Origin: an uncultured Acidobacteriota bacterium
Lineage (GTDB): Bacteria; Acidobacteriota; Thermoanaerobaculia; UBA5066; DATFVB01
Length of the DNA stretch: 64,000 bases
Direction: 5' to 3'
Assembly (NCBI GenBank): GCA_963813155.1
Contig: CAWEYG010000004.1
Location: 64,001 to 128,000 of the forward strand
The notes under the pieces are model-generated. The model was given only the letters and a program-made list of their open reading frames with translations, searched no databases and was not told where the DNA came from. Below, piece by piece: positions 61,704 through 64,000 of the stretch. The position numbers and the translations under genes were made by a program. The first letter of the stretch is position 1, and every line of letters starts with the position of its first letter.

Positions 61704-62642
61704 TTGGCGCAAGAGAAACCGGGGATTCTGGTCACCGGGGGTGCGGGGTTCATCGGAAGCCATGTCGCCCGCGCCTACGTGGAGGCGGGGCGCCGGGTCG
61801 TCGTCCTCGACAATTTCTCGACCGGTTCGCCGAGCGGGGTTCCCCCGGGGGCTGCCCTCGTCGAAGGCGACCTGAACGAGCTCGATCTCGAAGCCGTCTT
61901 CGCCGATCACGGCATCGGCGTCGTGAACCATCACGCGGCCCACATCGATCTGCGGGAATCCGTGCGGGACCCCGTTTTCGACGCGCAGGTGAACGTGATC
62001 TCGACGCTGAGGCTCCTGGAGTCCGCCCGCCGCGCGGGCGTCCGGAAAGTGATTTTCGCGTCGACCGGCGGGGCGATCTACGGCGAGCCCCGCGGCGCGA
62101 TGGCAGCGGAAGACCATCCGACCGACCCGCTCTCGCCGTACGGCGTCGCGAAACTGGCGGTCGAGAAATACCTCCACTTCTACCGCACGGAACACGGATT
62201 CGAGACCGTCGTTCTCCGCTACGCGAACGTCTACGGGCCGGGCCAGAACGGCAAGGGGGAGGCGGGTGCGGTCGCGATCTTTCTGGAGCGAATGCTCGCG
62301 GGCCTTCCGGCGATCATCCACGGCGACGGTGAGCAGACCCGCGATTTCGTTTTCGTGGGCGACTGCGTCGAGGCGAACCGGCGCGTCCTCGAGGCCGGCC
62401 GGAGCGGAATCTGGAACGTCGGCACCGGCGTCGAGACTTCCGTCAACGCGCTGGCGGAGCTGATCCGGACGGCCACGGGATCCCGCGCGCCGATCGAGCA
62501 CGATGCGGCCGCCCCCGGGGAGCAGCGGCGAAGCGTGCTGGACGGCCGGAAGCTGCTGGCGGACTTCGGAATCGGAAGCTACGTGCCCTTGCGTGAAGGA
62601 CTTGCCGCGACCGCGGCGGCTTTTCGCTCGTCCGGAGCCTGA
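61704..62642 (+). CDS. NAD-dependent epimerase/dehydratase (UDP-glucose 4-epimerase-like)
   Basis: GGAGFIGSH, DNFSTG, STGGAIYG, YGVAK, RYANVYGP, GDGEQTRDF. Confidence 0.92.
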   Translation: MAQEKPGILVTGGAGFIGSHVARAYVEAGRRVVVLDNFSTGSPSGVPPGAALVEGDLNELDLEAVFADHGIGVVNHHAAHIDLRESVRDPVFDAQVNVISTLRLLESARRAGVRKVIFASTGGAIYGEPRGAMAAEDHPTDPLSPYGVAKLAVEKYLHFYRTEHGFETVVLRYANVYGPGQNGKGEAGAVAIFLERMLAGLPAIIHGDGEQTRDFVFVGDCVEANRRVLEAGRSGIWNVGTGVETSVNALAELIRTATGSRAPIEHDAAAPGEQRRSVLDGRKLLADFGIGSYVPLREGLAATAAAFRSSGA

Positions 62643-62773
62643 CGGGGCTCGATCTCCTTCAGGGTCACTGAGGCCAGCGCGGTTGGCGAAATGCGATTCG
62701 ATCCGGCGAGGGTAGCAGAGCGGGCGCGTCGCGCCGAAGACTCGGTGGCCCCGGCCTTGCTGTTGGAGAGACC

Positions 62774-63785
62774 GTGACCAGAGTCGAAAGGCTTCTCGCG
62801 ATCGGACTTCGAAGGGTCGCGGCAGGCTCGGGCCGATTTCGCTACGAGAACGCCGACGGCTCGGCTCCGTCGTCCGAGGACGAGGTCCGCGCCCGCCGCC
62901 TCGGGTTGCCGCCCGCCTGGTCCGACGTGCGGATCGAGCTCCGTCGGCGACGGCGAGCCTGCAGGCGATCGGAAAGGACGCCGCAGGCCGCTGGCAATAC
63001 CGTTACCACGATTCCCGGGTTGCGAGCCGGGAGCGGGAGAAGGCCGCGAGGTTGAGAAAATTCGCGGCTCGGTTCCCGGCTCTGAGGGCGGCCGTCGCGA
63101 GAGACTTGCGCCGGCCCGGCCTGCCGCGGGAAAGGGTTCTGGCCGCGATGACGCGGATCCTCGCGACGCGGTTACACTCCGGCCGGGAAGCCGCGCCTAT
63201 GCCGTGGAAAACGAGAGTTATGGAATTACGACTCTTCGCAAGAAGCACGTTTCGTTTCGAAACGGGGGCGCGGAGCTGCGATTCCGCGGGAAATCCGGCA
63301 AACAACGGTGTGTCGACACCGACGACCGCGGCGCCGTCGCCGTTCTGCGGCTTTGCGCGAAGCTGCCCGGCCGCGCGCTCTTCCAGTCACGCGATGCCGA
63401 CGGGTCGGTCGCCGCGGTCCGTCGACGGCAGCTCAACGCCTACATTCGGGAGGGCATGGGCGAGGGCTTTTCCGCGAAGGACTTTCGCACATGGGCCGCG
63501 ACGTTGATTTGCGCCAACGAGCTCGCCCGGTCGTCCGACGGCGGCGTCGACTCGAAGACCACCCGGCGGAGACGGATCGTCGCGGCCGTCGCCGAGACCG
63601 CGCGGCGTCTCGGGAACACTCCCGCCGTGTGCCGAAGCTCTTACATCTCGCCTCGCGTGATTTCGAGCTTCGAACGAGGTGTGACGCTGCGGGTGACCGT
63701 TCCGTCGGTTGAGCGGCTCGGGCGCCGCGTCGCGCCCCACCCGATCGAGCGGGAACTCGGGAAATTGCTCGGGGAGGGCGGCTAA
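62774..63785 (+). CDS. DNA topoisomerase IB (frameshifts)
   Basis: LPPAWSDV, GRWQYRYH, SYGITTLRKKH, FRGKSGK, KDFRTW, LGNTPAVCRSSY (catalytic Tyr). Confidence 0.9.
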
Positions 63786-63861
63786 TGGTATTCGGAAGGG
63801 GGTAGCTCCCCAACCGGTTGGGGCATTTTCTGGCACGGTTCTGGCTGCTATCCTCTCTGTC

Positions 63862-64000
63862 ATGAGAACGATCTGGAAAGGCCATTTGAGCTTCGGTTTG
63901 ATCTCGGTGCCCGTCGGACTCTACGCGGCCCTGGAGGCGTCCGAGCGCGTGTCGTTCCGCCTTCTTCATCGAAAGGACCTGTCGCCCATCGAGTACAAGA
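63862..64000 (+). CDS. ku: Ku protein (NHEJ), 5' part
   Basis: MRTIWKGHLSFGLISVPVGLYAA...VSFRLLH.KD.SPIEYK. Confidence 0.9.
   Translation, partial: MRTIWKGHLSFGLISVPVGLYAALEASERVSFRLLHRKDLSPIEYK

Overview
GC-rich bacterial chromosomal segment. Gene style (ePK-STAND kinases, PrsK/PrsR-like pair, HEAT/LRV proteins) suggests an Acidobacteria-like organism; this is an inference. Scattered single-base indels split many essential-looking genes, most likely long-read/consensus errors. Content: fabH and osmC; a kinase-NB-ARC-TPR gene; an aroDE-trpEGDCFBA-chorismate mutase-DAHP synthase superoperon preceded by a sigma70 promoter, a 17-aa W-Y-W-Y leader peptide and a complete attenuator; an IS30 inserted into a REP-like palindrome; ypdA/rodZ/J-TPR/PP2C; fatty-acid catabolism; a VapBC pair near tRNA-Met(CAT); envelope glycosyltransferases; xseAB-ispA; glnA; pentapeptide, AAA, BON, ABC-F, cinA-plsY-gpsA; topoisomerase IB and Ku. 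The most unusual locus is 52.7-61.6 kb. A membrane-fusion protein, a sensor-less histidine kinase and a sigma54 activator precede a sigma54 promoter driving an unannotated gene with a short leader and about 31 tandem KPGL(G/S)x hexapeptides. Converging on it are a STAS protein, a multi-GAF/HlyD fusion and a PqqD(RRE)-M50 peptidase-HlyD fusion. This looks like a dedicated repeat-peptide (RiPP-like) processing/secretion system.
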